A stretch of DNA of 63,637 bases, the filler included, from Octopus bimaculoides (lineage: Eukaryota), in assembly GCF_001194135.2 (NCBI RefSeq). It is 9 parts of 7 records of this genome, joined end to end, with 100 filler letters (N's around TTAATTAATTAA, not from the genome) between each part and the next. Parts side by side here need not be neighbours in the genome. Positions count along the whole stretch, not along the records: positions 9,988 to 21,169 come from NC_068984.1; positions 21,270 to 32,895 come from NC_068982.1; 7 more parts are not named here. One strand, 5' to 3'. The notes beneath the pieces are model-generated. The model worked only from the letters and a program-made list of their open reading frames with translations. It made no database searches and was not told the DNA's origin. Positions 12,006 through 23,923 of the stretch are shown piece after piece (within the stretch, counting starts at the first letter, position 1; each line of letters starts with the position of its first letter). The translations under genes and the position numbers were made by a program.

Positions 12006-12211
12006 TGTTGGCAAGTGAAGAACGTTAGCTATGATCAATTCTGCTGACTGTTTTGCTTCAGGAATACCAGACAATGACATCTTTATTGTCCAGTTGTTGC
12101 ATAATTCTCCTACAGTGACAGCTGGTACATCTGCTGCTGATGATGATGATCTGTTGACAGAATGCTTTAGATACCAGCATGGTGCTACACTTGAGTGTCG
12201 TACAGGAGACT
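12006..12211 (-). CDS. HEMK1: HEMK1/PrmC-like (mitochondrial release factor glutamine methyltransferase) N-terminal exon
   Basis: Acceptor ttttttatatcag|, donor ACA|gtgagt, 206 nt, one open frame. TVGELCNNWTIKMSLSGIPEAKQSAELIIANVLHLPT aligns by eye to recalled human HEMK1 [36 protein letters not shown]. No other HEMK1 exons were found. Confidence 0.7.
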
Positions 12212-12258
12212 CTGATATAAAAAAAACAGAAAAAAGTTGTTACAAGAGACTGAATATA

Positions 12259-13020
12259 CTGTCAAATTGTTATAGACAATCCATTTTTCATATTGTCAAA
12301 TTGTTATAGACAATCCATTTTTCATGCTGTCAAATTGTTATAGACGATCCATTTTTCATACTGTCAAATTGTTATAGACGATCCATTTTTCATACTGTCA
12401 AATTGTTATAGACTATCCATTTTTCATACTGTCAAATTGTTATAGACAATCCATTTTTCATACTGTCAAATTGTTATAGACGATCCATTTTTCATACTGT
12501 CAAATTGTTATAGACAATCCATTTTTCATACTGTCAAATTGTTATAGACAATCCATTTTTCATACTGTCAAATTGTTATAGACAATCCATTTCTCATGCT
12601 GTCAAATTGTTATAGCCAATCTATTTTTCATACTGTCAAATTGTTATAGACAATCCATTTTTCATACTGTCAAATTGTTATAGACAATCCATTTTTCATG
12701 CTGTCAAATTATTATAGACAATCCATTTTTCATACTGTCAAATTGTTATAGACAATCCAGTTTTCATACTGTCAAATTGTTATAGACAATCCATTTTTCA
12801 TACTGTCAAATTGTTATAGACAATCTNNNNNNNNNNNNNNNNNNNNNNNNNNNNNNNNNNNNNNNNNNNNNNGTTTTCATACTGTCAAATTGTTATAGAC
12901 AATCCATTTTTCATACTGTCAAATTGTTATAGACAATCTATTTTTTATACTGTCAAATTGTTGTAGACAATCCAATTTTTATACCAACAATCCAATTTTC
13001 ATACCGACAATCCAATTTTC
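12259..13020. repeat. 34-bp minisatellite (CTGTCAAATTGTTATAGACAATCCATTTTTCATA)n, about 20 visible copies, interrupted by an N gap
   Basis: 34-nt period read directly, near-identical units, degenerating at about 12970-13020. Confidence 0.95.
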
Positions 13021-14467
13021 ATACTCTTCAAATAAGGACTGTTTTCTTCATTTCTGCAACAAATTGCAAATGAAAAACCATTGACTGAGGTTAGCCTCAG
13101 TCAAATGATGTGGGATTGAAACATCAAGACTGCTGACACAACTAAGTTCAGGCTGAATGATTTTCAACACTTGATTCGGATATTTGAAGAATACCTGTAA
13201 TCATCCCGGTTGTATAACTGGGATTGGTGTCAACTAACTTCTTCATTTTCTCACTGTTAATCTCAGTTGGCTGGCCAGAATGAGGACCGAAAAATTTTCC
13301 AACAGAAATCTGCAACCAGAAACATAATACTTGCACATTTGGACCACCTCCCCATGAAATACTATCATTGTAACAGTTCTAAACTTGCCTGCCTGTATAT
13401 ATGCTTTCCTTTTCACATTGTAGAGAAACTGTGTGCACACAAGCATGTGTGTATTATTTCTTTACTACCCACAATGGGCTACACACAGAGGGGACAAACA
13501 AACGGATTAAGTCGATTATATCGACCCCAGTGCGTAACTGGTACTTATTTAATCAACCCCGGAAGGATGAAAGGCAAAGTCGACCTTGGCAGAATTTGAA
13601 CTCAGAACGTAGCGGCAGACGAAATACTGCTAAGCATTTCGCCCGGTGTGCTAACGTTTCTGCCAGCTTGCTGCCTTAACATGCATGTGTGTATGTATGC
13701 ATGCACATGTATGCACGCACATGCCTGTGTGTGTAGATGCAGACATAGCTGTGTGGTTAAGAAACTCACTTTGGAACCATACGATTAAGGTTTCAATCCT
13801 ACTCATGAATGTTATTAGCTGGTGTTTTATACTATAGGCATGGGTTGACCAATACCTGGTGAGTAAAATTTGGTAAACAGAAACTAAAAAAAGCTGTATA
13901 AGTGTGTGTTTGTGTGTGTGTGGATGTGTATGTGTCTGTGCATGTGTGGATGTGTGTGTGCTGTCTCCTTGTTTTAACATTGTGTGATAGTTGTAAGCAA
14001 GTGTCAATGTTATGCTAGTGTAGTCACCATCATGTTTCCAACATTTTACAGTAAACAGATCTGGCCATGGGGCGAATATGACCTTACTTGGAAACAGGTG
14101 AGGGTTTGTGGCAGGAAGAGCATTAAGCCATAAAAAAAAAAATCTACCTAAATAAATTGTTCAACCCATGCAAGCATGGAAAAGTGGATATTAAAACAAT
14201 AATGATAATGATATATGTGTATATGTATGTGAATGTATGTGTGTGAGTGAGTGAGCAAGTTCCTACTTTCCTCATTGTCACATGTTCAATGACGGTAAAC
14301 AAGTCTTGCTGTCAGTAGATGCTTTTTGACAAGTCTTGACATGTTTTGCAATCATTGGTAAAGAAAAGACTCATTCAGACAAGATCATGTTTCCAATTTG
14401 TCACACAATGTCCAGAGAGCGACACACAAAGAGAGAGAGAGGGGGGGAGAGACAAAGAGAGGAGAGA

Positions 14468-14517
<50 letters not shown>

Positions 14518-14996
14518 GCGAGAGAGAGAGAGAGAGAGAGTGGGGGAGACAGAAACTCGTTAATAAACCTGCACGTAAAATGCACCATCCGAATGTGGTC
14601 AATGCCAGGCCCACCTGACTGGCTCCTGTGCATGTAAAAAGCGCCCACTACAATCTCGGAGTGGTTGGCATTAGGAAGGACATCCAGCTGTAGAAGCATT
14701 GCCAGATTAGACTGGAGCCTGGTGCAGCTGCTGGCTCTCCAGACCTCAGTCAAACCGTCCAACCCATACCAGCATGGAAAACGGATATTAAACGATGATG
14801 ATGAAAATTTTTCAAATAAATAAAGTGGAAGTATACAAAAATAAACATTATTTTCCATCTTATCGTTAGCTTTGTTTGATTTTGAAAAATAAAAATTTAT
14901 ATTTTGAATTACATATATACGAGGGCACCAAAATTTTTTAAGTGCTTGGGGCTTCTATTTTTATTCATAATATAGCTTGCTATTTTTGGGGAGGAT

Positions 14997-15600
14997 TCAT
15001 CATCATCATCGTTTAACGTCCGCTTTCCATGCTAACATGGTTGGACGATTTGACTGAGGACTGGCGAACCAGATGGCTGCACCAGGCTCCAATCTGATCT
15101 GGCAGAGTTTCTACAGCTGGATGCCCTTCCTAAAGCCAACCACTCCGAGAGTGTAGTGGGTGCTTTTACGTGCCACCGGCATGAGGGCCAGTCAGGCGGT
15201 ACTGGCAACGGCCACGCTCAAATGGTGTTTTTTTATGTGCCACCTGCACAGGAGCCAGTCCAGCAGCATTGGCAACGACCTCGCTCAAATGTTTTTTCAC
15301 GTGCCACCAGCACAAGTACCAGTAAGGTGATGCTGGTAATGATCACGCTCAAATGGTGCTATTTACGTGCCACTGGCACGGAAGCCAGACAGCTGCTCTG
15401 GCAATGATCACACTCAGACGGTGCTGTTAGCGCTCCACTGGCATGGGTGCCAGTCATCGAATTTGGTTCAATTTCGATTTCAATTTCAATTGCCCCAACA
15501 GGTCTTCGCAAGCAGAGTTTAGTGTCCAATGAAGGAAAGGTTGGCATGGGTGCCAGTCGTTGAATTTGGTTCAATTTCGATTTCACTTGCCTCAATAGAT
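14997..15600. mobile_element. Abundant (CAT)n-tailed RTE-related repeat; copies also near 3530, 3960, 4900, 10775, 14580, 24960, 26880, 32688, 45090, 48835, 49158, 49790, 55987, 61412, 62050
   Basis: Shared CATCATCGTTTAACGTCCGCTTTCCATGCTAGCATGGGTTGGAC...CTGGATGCCCTTCCTAACGCCAACCAC core. Long variants carry internal tandem subrepeats. Confidence 0.8.
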
Positions 15601-16044
15601 CATTGATTTGTTGAGTACAAAAAAACAAAAAAACCTTAAGCTGAAAAATGTGATCTGCAATTAAAACTGCATTCATGTATCTGTATACTAATAGATGTTT
15701 AATATAATTATCTACACTTCATAGTGGTTTTATAGGAAAGAGGATTCAACAAGTAAAAGTTATTAGATGTTGTGTGTTAACTGACAATGCATGGCAACAT
15801 AAACAATACTAATGCGCATTATGCAACAATATGTATACGTGTGACAGAAAGTCTTCCCCTTCAATAATCCTCTCCAAGTCAAACATTAAACTATATGTAA
15901 AAGCGACCACTTCATTGATTTTACAAAAGAAACTAACCTGTTAGTTTAGCAACCTGCTTTGAACACATGAAAGTAAAAATGTAAGACAGAGTGATAGGAA
16001 AAAGAACTGTTCATTGACAATGTTATTCAATAAGGAGCTCATAC

Positions 16045-16741
16045 AAGGTTGCCCAGTCCACTGAGGTGCTCGCAAAGTGACGAAACCATTCTGCATGCAC
16101 TCGTTCAGTGTCCAGGTATTGTTGACTTGTGGAGTTATGTAGAACAGCTGCTGTCATGTGTAGGACAGATCCACCTATCAGCTGAATTCATAATGATGAT
16201 TGCCCTGCCACCCTCCTTTAATCGGGCTGGCAAAGCAGTTTTCCTGTTTGGTAGCAGTGGAAAAAGAGATTATTTGTTGGACAAAGGTGAAAGGAAAAAG
16301 AATAGAAACATTCCTCCTTGGTAAAGCCTTCATTGACTTTTTCAAGTTTCACTTGAAAAGGAGAGTGAGGGTGGAGAGGGAAGTGCTGTCTATGAGTGAA
16401 TTTATGAAAAGGTGGGTGAGTGTTGCGAAAATGGCAAAAGTGGATGGTACCACTCTCAATGTAGACCTGCAAGTTGGAAGAAAGGAGTTGGAGAAGGCTT
16501 TCATCCTTGGTATTCAGGGTATCTTGGATGGTAGAGTTCCTTGATTATCCCTAGGTCCTCCTGTATCAGTGGGACCCCATCACTATCACTTTATTTCCCC
16601 CCTCTTTTTCTAGTGTCGTATACTATGTATACTTGCCTTCTAACATATACTGTGTATACTTTTCATTTTATCATTCCATTATATATAAATCCCTATACTT
16701 TATGTCCCCTCATTCTTCACCCTGGTATTAAATAAAAGAAA

Positions 16742-16780
<39 letters not shown>
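16045..16780 (+). mobile_element. L1/Tx1-clade LINE 3' end
   Basis: RCSQSDETILHALVQCPG (zf-RVT-like C..C/ET..H...C knuckle), a C-terminal ORF2 segment, a pyrimidine-rich 3' UTR, AATAAA and an (ATT)n tail. Confidence 0.7.
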
Positions 16781-16781
<1 letters not shown>

Positions 16782-17775
16782 GAAAACCAAAAGTCTAGTG
16801 AAATACTATTACCCAAGGTTTCTTGGTCAAAATATTAAAAGGCAAGACAAGATCATTTTGTTCAGCAAGCTAACAGTTCTGCCGGTTCACTGCTTTCATC
16901 TAGTTTATATAATGCCATTATACATAAATAGATAACAAAAAAATCCCATTTTTTAATATCGAATATAACAACAAAAATCAATTGTTAATATTTTTCCCTC
17001 GATTTTTACTATGACTTGTTTATCAGGATTTACATGTTCTAATTTCAATCAATTTCCTTTACTTTCTTTTCTTTTTTTTTCTTCTTATGAATGAAACGAA
17101 GCAAAAAACAAAAAATAAATCACATGACAAATGAACAAAGAGTATATTAGGACAGGTACAAGGAACGTTTTTGCCATGAATTTCATCTTATTTCTATATA
17201 TAAAAAAAATAAACAAAAATATTAAACAAATTTGTGTTATGAAGTTCAGCATACTTTAACATATTTCTCTTCTTTCATAATTTTTCTTTCCTCAAATGAG
17301 CACAGGCATGGCTGTGTGGCTAAGAAGCCCGTTTTGCAAGCACATAATTTTGAGTTCAGTCCCAGTGAACTGTACTCTGGATAAGTGTCTTCTACTATAG
17401 CCCCAGGCTGACCAATGCCTTGAAAGTGAATTTGGTTGATGGAAACTATGGTTCAGCCCCACTATATCGCACCTTGGGCAAGTGTCTTCTTCAGCCTTGC
17501 GAGTGGATTTGGTGGGTGGAAACTGAAAGAAACCCGTCGTGTGCGTGTGTATGTGTGTGTGTCTTTGTGTCTGTCTCCCACCACTGCTTGACGACCAGTG
17601 TTGGTGTGTTTATATCCCCATAACTTAGCAGTTTGGCAAAAGAGAGATTAAGTATCAGGCTCAAAAAAAGTACTGAGGTTGATTCGTGCTACTAAAATAC
17701 TTCAAGGTGCTGCTCCAGCATGGCAACAGTCTAATGACTGAAACAAATAAAAGATAAAATATATATATATTTGCG

Positions 17776-18607
17776 ATGGCTGAAGCGAAAGAACAGCGTG
17801 CTTCCGTGAAATTCTGTTTTCTGCAGGGGAAAACGGACGGAGGTAAGAAAAAAAAATACGTACACCAGCCGTTTTCGACGTAACAAAAAACCCTAACACT
17901 GACGCTAATCCTCAACCCTAACCCTAACCATCGGGTGTACGTATTCTTCTACTTTCGCCGGAAAACAGCGGCCGAAACATTTGTCATGTTTCAAACAGCT
18001 TACAAGGATGCTGCCATGGGCAAAACACAAGTTTACGACTGTTTTTTACGCTTTAGGAATGGTCACTTGTCGCTTGAAGACCAACCTCGTTCAGAGCATC
18101 AGTCGACCTCCTAAACGAATGAAAACCTCATGAAAATTCATGAAATAATCTTGGAGGACAATTAACGAACTTTATATAACTGGTGCGTCCTGGAGCTCCT
18201 GCCAACGAATTTTGTGCAAGGAATTACAAACGAAAAGACTGGCAGCAAAATTTGTGCCTCGCTTACGGAAGATCAAAAGCAATCACGACTAAATGCGTGT
18301 TGTGAACTGAAAGAACAGTTGGAAATTGATCCGGACTTTTTTTTTCGAAGGTCATCACTGGTGACGAAAAGCTGGTGCTACGGAATTTGCAGATGTAGAA
18401 GAGGTGAAGAAAAAAAAAACGAAGGAAGTGTTAAAAAACATCACTTTGCAAGAGTTCCAGCACTGCTTCGAACAGTGGAAAATGTGTCTGGACCGACGCA
18501 CTGCTTCAAATGGAGAATACTTTGAAGGCGATAGAAGTGTAAACATGTAAAACTAAGTAAATAAAATAATATTGCAAATTCTGGTTTCTTTTAAGTACCC
18601 CCTCGTG
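17776..18607 (+). mobile_element. Internally deleted mariner transposase relic
   Basis: MAEAKEQRASVKFCFLQGKTAAETFVMFQTAY...EDQPRS (HTH), VITGDE-WCY (first catalytic D), FQHCFEQWK...NGEYFEGD C-terminus, and a TIR-like CCCCTCGT at about 18598-18606. Confidence 0.85.
17835..17959. mobile_element. 125-bp GG...CC element with CCCTAA repeats inserted in the mariner relic
   Basis: Direct repeat GGAAAAC on both sides (17828-17834 and 17960-17966), subterminal inverted repeat AATACGTACACC/GGTGTACGTATT. Removing it restores the mariner frame LQGKTAAE. Confidence 0.65.
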
Positions 18608-18774
18608 CGATGGATTTCTGTCACCCAAATTCAGTCACAAGAATTTGGTTAGCCCAGGGCTGCAGCAGCAGAAATATATGGTCGGAAACTCAGCTATATC
18701 TGTGCAGTTCCGAAACTGAAAAATAAAACCTAATGATTTTATGCTGCTAAAATATGTTAAAATATATGTTAGTG

Positions 18775-20406
18775 CATCGTTTCCCAGAATGGACAATATC
18801 GCCCACCGGTGGGCGATTTCACCTTAAAGGTGGGCGATGGGCGAATTTCTAGAATTAATGTTTGATAATGGTATATGTTCGGTATTTCAGTGAAGACCTT
18901 CAACCTTGTGAGGAAATGCTGTTCGCAGAGAAATTGCCGCTTGATTCAAGAGGTGCAACTATTTTTCACACTCTCAAGTCTTTCCTTTTTGAACATAATA
19001 TCCCACTCAGTAATATTCTTGCCTGTGCGTTTGATGGAGCTTCTTCGATGATAGGAAGATACAGAGGTTTTTCATCTCTCCTAAAGCGTGAAATTTCCCA
19101 CCAGATACTAACTGCACATTGCTTGGCACACCAGCAGCATTTAGTGGGGGGGAAATATGAACGATAAATTGAATGATGCACTACAAGTTAGTTATCAAGA
19201 CTGTGAACAAATTGAAGTCCAGTCCCTTGTCTGATCGAATTTTCCGTCAACTCTGAGAGATGATGAGGACCATACTAAACTCTTATACATACCGAAGTGA
19301 GGTAGTTGTCAAAAGGAAAATGTTTTATGCTTTGTTGAACTATCCGCTTCATTGATGGCCGCAAGGTGCGATAGCTTTTCCTTTGTGATATATTCACAAA
19401 ATTAAATGATTTGAATAAGTTATTTCAAGGAAACAGAAAAAACTCTCGTTGATTTTAAATCATTTATCACTACCTTCATTTCGAAATTGGTGCTGTATAA
19501 GACTAACATTTCAAAACGTCAGTCCCATCAGTTTCCACAACTTGATTCTTTGAAAGATGAATTGGTTGATGAGGATTTAACTACATATCGCAACTATTAA
19601 CAATCATTGCACGATATTCCAAATTGGTATAGCAATCCGTTTGAGGTCGATTGCGAGGATGACGTTCAGGAGGAATTGATAGAATTACAAAATGATAATG
19701 ATGCCACAATGCGATGTCGCCGTAATGGCAAAGAAGGTTTCTGGTACCATCAGAGTATATTGAATTCCTACCCCAGTCTGTGGAAACATCTGAAATTACT
19801 TTTGCTTGTGTTCCCTACCTCACAACTGGTTGAATCTGATTTTAGCCATGTTGGAACTTTACTCTCCCATAAAATAATTGGGCTGGATGTGACACAATGA
19901 GGAGACTTGCGGCTAAAGTCGACAAGTTTGAAACTGAATGTATCTGCACTAGCTGCATCGCACCAGACACATAGTTCTCATTAAAAAGTTTTATTCTTTT
20001 CCTTTATAATACAATCATTAATTACTTTTGCATCGACAGTTCAGATAAATGGTTCATTTGGGGGAAATGAAAATAGGTGTAAAAGAGAGCGCAAGTTTCC
20101 AAAAGTTAATCTGCCTGCATTATATAGAGCTAATGTTAGAATTTTATTCACACTAATGACAAAATTAAAGCCACAAGGAGGGATTTGTAAAGAACCGCAT
20201 ATTTAGTCCAAACGGCACTAACAGGGCAACGAGTCTACGATATAGTATGTGTGTCAAATGATACGGGGGGGGGGGCTAGGCGATTTTGTCTTGGGGAGGT
20301 TGTGTCCGAGGTTTTTTTTTTTTTTTACACAGATGGGCGATAGAGCATTTTTTGACCGAAAGGTGGGCGATATTGCAATTTGGCGCGAAAAGTTTGGGAA
20401 ACACTG
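18775..20406 (+). mobile_element. hAT (Buster/Charlie-like) transposon relic
   Basis: MVYVRY...DGASSMIG...HCLAHQQHL and NPFEV...QEELIELQND...VFPTSQLVES motifs. TIR-like ends CATCGTTTCCCA / TGGGAAACACTG. Confidence 0.85.
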
Positions 20407-21967
20407 GTGTATGAAGACCATTTAGTATGAGCTATCAACCCTTCACCCTGCAAGTTTTAATTCATTTAGGATAAAAATGTAATTTAATTAAAACAAAATA
20501 TATTTATACACTTCAAATGCAAATATTTTTACGTACTAAAAAGTACTGGTTATATTTGTTGTATATGCATGCGTTTAAAAAAAAAATGAGACATTTCTCT
20601 AAGCAACTATTTAAAAAAAAAAGAAAACTGAGAGTTTTTTTTTTCTGCTTCAGAAAATATACATAATATAAACATTATTCATACATATTCCACATCATAC
20701 ACTACATAATGTACACACACACACATATATATGTATATACATGTATATATATGTATGTATATGAGTATATAAGTGCAGGTAGATTGATAGACAGACAGAC
20801 AGGCAGACAGATGGACGGAGAGATAGACAGACACACACACACAGAGGCAGACAGAGAGACAGACAGATAGATAGTTGTGTGTACGCGCGCGCACATACAT
20901 GTACATCTTCATTTAACATCGACTACCACTTTAGCTAAAATCCAACGTCAAACGATAGGAGGAACAATTCAGGCAAAGGGTTAACTTTAGAAAAATGTAG
21001 CAGTTGAGCTTCTATTTGTGAGTTTGTGTCAATCCTTCGGTACAGGTAGCCATTCTCCGACACACCTTTCCCTCAAAACAAAGAGACTACGCTGAAAAGA
21101 GGAGGTAAATAACATTGTTTTGTCATACCAACATTCTGGATACCAATACTGAAGGATCGCCCCCCCCCCNNNNNNNNNNNNNNNNNNNNNNNNNNNNNNN
21201 NNNNNNNNNNNNNTTAATTAATTAANNNNNNNNNNNNNNNNNNNNNNNNNNNNNNNNNNNNNNNNNNNNATATATATATATATATACTTGATGGGATTTT
21301 TCAGTTTCCCTCTATCAAGTCCACTTACAAGGTTTTAGTCGGCCCAAGGCTATAGTAGAAGACACTAGTAGAAGACTGGTCCTGGAAGCATGTGGTTGGG
21401 AAGTTAACTTCTTACCACACACCCACTCTTGCTTTCTAAAATGATTTAACCAATGAAGAAAGGTATTTTTGATCCCTTTTTAAGACCTGAATTCAGTCAT
21501 GTGACCCCAGAGTTTTCTTGACTATTACACACATAGAGGAAAAAAAAAAAAAGAAACTGGTGATTTGTGTATGTGATTAAAAAGTAAAGTTTTCATCCAT
21601 TTGTTCATGCCAATGCTTTAAAATTTAATTTTAAATATTTAATGTTATTTAAGAAAGGTGACATAAAAAAGTAGACTAGCACCTAAATTATCTATTAGCA
21701 TAAAGCTTCGATACATTTAAAAAGATTATAACCTCGTAGAATTTCTCATGCCTTCAATCACTCCCAGGATGGCAAAAGGGTCAATTAGTTCAGTTATCTC
21801 TCTACTTTCCCCGACTTTGAAACAGATGAGAAGAATATTATCATTCTTGGAAAAGAGAAACCAACAGATGTCTTTACTAAGCATCAATGACATCAGTTTC
21901 TTCTGCAGAATCTAACCCAACAGATGTTTTTACTAAACATCAGCTACATCACTTTCTTGAAGATTGA

Positions 21968-22300
21968 TGGGTCAGTGGTTAGAGCACCAGACTCACAATC
22001 ATGAGATAGTGAGTTTGATTTCTGGACTGGGCTGTATATTATGTTTTTGAGCAAGATACTTTATTTCACATTGCTCCAGTTCACTCAGCTGCAGAAATGA
22101 GTTGCAACTTCATGGGTGCCAAGTTGTATCAGTCTTTGCCTTTCTCTTGGATAACATCGGTAGCATGGAGAGGGGTGGCCAACTCACCTAACCAGTGGGT
22201 GGGGTGGTGTCATTCATTGGCTAAAACAATGCAAAGCACATTGTGACCTGTGGTGTGTAACAACATCTGAAAGTCTAGTCGGTCACGTCATGTGTGACAT
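21968..22300 (+). mobile_element. tRNA-derived SINE with a TTGAGCAAGATACTTT...GCTCCAGTTCACTCAGCTG central domain; fragments near 10570-10750, 28800-28970, 31575-31650
   Basis: Box A/B-like head (GGTCAGTGGTTAGAGC...GAGTTTGATTTC) plus a conserved central domain. Exact domain class not determined. Confidence 0.55.
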
Positions 22301-22513
22301 CAGTTTCACCCATCTAGGAAGGCTTACAAACATCATAGATATCGCATAGAAATTAAAAGCAAAAAAAAAAAATAGAAGAAGAAAATAGCAGATCCTATAT
22401 AAAATGAATAAAATGAAATAAAACTGCTATGATGGATGTAACAAAGAATTCTTGAAAGACAAATAGGATGAGATAACATGATGAATGAAGATACCTGAAG
22501 TTTATGTATGCAG

Positions 22514-22601
22514 GTGTTCCTTGCTATGCAGTGTGGATTAACCAAAATTCTTCAAATAGGCAGACCAAGAAAGTTAGAGATTACATTGCACACCTATTAT
22601 T
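22514..22601 (+). CDS. Possible exon of an unidentified plus-strand gene
   Basis: atgcag|G...ATT|gtaagt, 88 nt. Two frames are open (VFLAMQCGLTKILQIGRPRKLEITLHTYY or GVPCYAVWINQNSSNRQTKKVRDYIAHLL). Confidence 0.4.
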
Positions 22602-22859
22602 GTAAGTAAGTTTATTAGAAAAGGTTGGTTTGTTAGCTTTTCTAATGACACCACAAAAACAACTTTGGAAGCTTCTAGCTGATGAAGAAACCTCAGCTTG
22701 ACTGTTCAATCAACTAGCACAGGTAAGGCTGTGTGGTTAAGAAGCTTTACTTCTCAACCATGTGATCTTGAGTTCAATTTCACTGTGTGACACTTTAAAC
22801 AAGCATTTTCTACTAAAGCTTTGCTATGGATTTGAGAAATGGAATGTGAGAGAAGCCCA

Positions 22860-22896
<37 letters not shown>

Positions 22897-23084
22897 NNNN
22901 NNNNNNNNNNNNNNNNNNNNNNNNNNNNNNNNNNNNNNNNNNNNNNNNNNNNNNNNNNNNNNNNNNNNNNNNNNNNNNNNNNNNNNNNNNNNNNNNNNNN
23001 NNNNNNNNNNNNNNNNNNNNNNNNNNNNNNNNNNNNNNNNNNNNNNNNNNNNNNNNNNNNNNNNNNNNNNNNNNNNNNNNNNNN

Positions 23085-23119
<35 letters not shown>

Positions 23120-23861
23120 ACCCATGTCAAGATATCATATAAAGGTGGTAAATGGACATCATCATAAATGTGGAGTTGTTTGCATCTAGTCTTCCATGAA
23201 AATCCTGTCTAGCAATGGGAAAATACTTTTTCCATTGAAAACAGGTGAGGGTTGGTGTCAAGAAGGATATCCAGCCATAGAAAATCTACTTCTACAAATT
23301 CTCTCTGATCCATGCAAGCATGGATGAGTGAGCATTAGATTATAAAAAAAAAGAAGAAAAAAAACAATGTATTACTTTAAATCCCAATTTAAAAAGCAAA
23401 AGCAAGGCCACACTGGATCACGCCTTCTTGGATACAGGATCTAAAAATAAAATAAGATGGAATATGTTGCTCAAAGATCATCTGCTTGATAAGAGTTGCC
23501 CTGGGGTTAAAGAACAACAATAAAGCATACAATGAACTAAACTTAGTACATATCCAATATTTTGTATCAGCTCAGAACTTGGTCGATATTTGTTTGTGTC
23601 TTAGATTATACTAAGTTACTTTGACTGATGTAACCTCTTCATATGGAGATTTTGGAGAGTTTGAACAATCAATATTTAAGCATTTACCGAACTCAAATAG
23701 TTTTAAATGGTCATTCTAACATGTAAAGTTTTTGATTTTTGAAAAATGTTTCTAAGCTTTATTCCTGTAATTTGTACCAACACAAGTAACTTAGAAGTGA
23801 TATCTCTCTGTCTTTGCATCATCCATAGTTTATAGGAGTTTTATGCTTGTTTTCACCACAG

Positions 23862-23923
23862 CTTCTCTTTCTCACCTCTTTACATTCACACATCAAAATG
23901 CAAATGTATCAGTAAAAACAAAG
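23862..23923 (+). CDS. Possible exon of an unidentified plus-strand gene
   Basis: ttgttttcaccacag|C...AAG|gtatgt, 62 nt. Joins 22514-22601 without stops in either of two frames. Confidence 0.35.

Noticed and set aside
12259-13020. Regular 34-bp repeats as a CRISPR-like array
   Set aside because: The units are directly tandem with no unique spacers, no cas genes are present, and the context is eukaryotic.
21768-21965. Short plus-strand ORF with an internal duplication of about 40 bp
   Set aside because: It stops early in every frame, resembles nothing I recognise and has no donor site.
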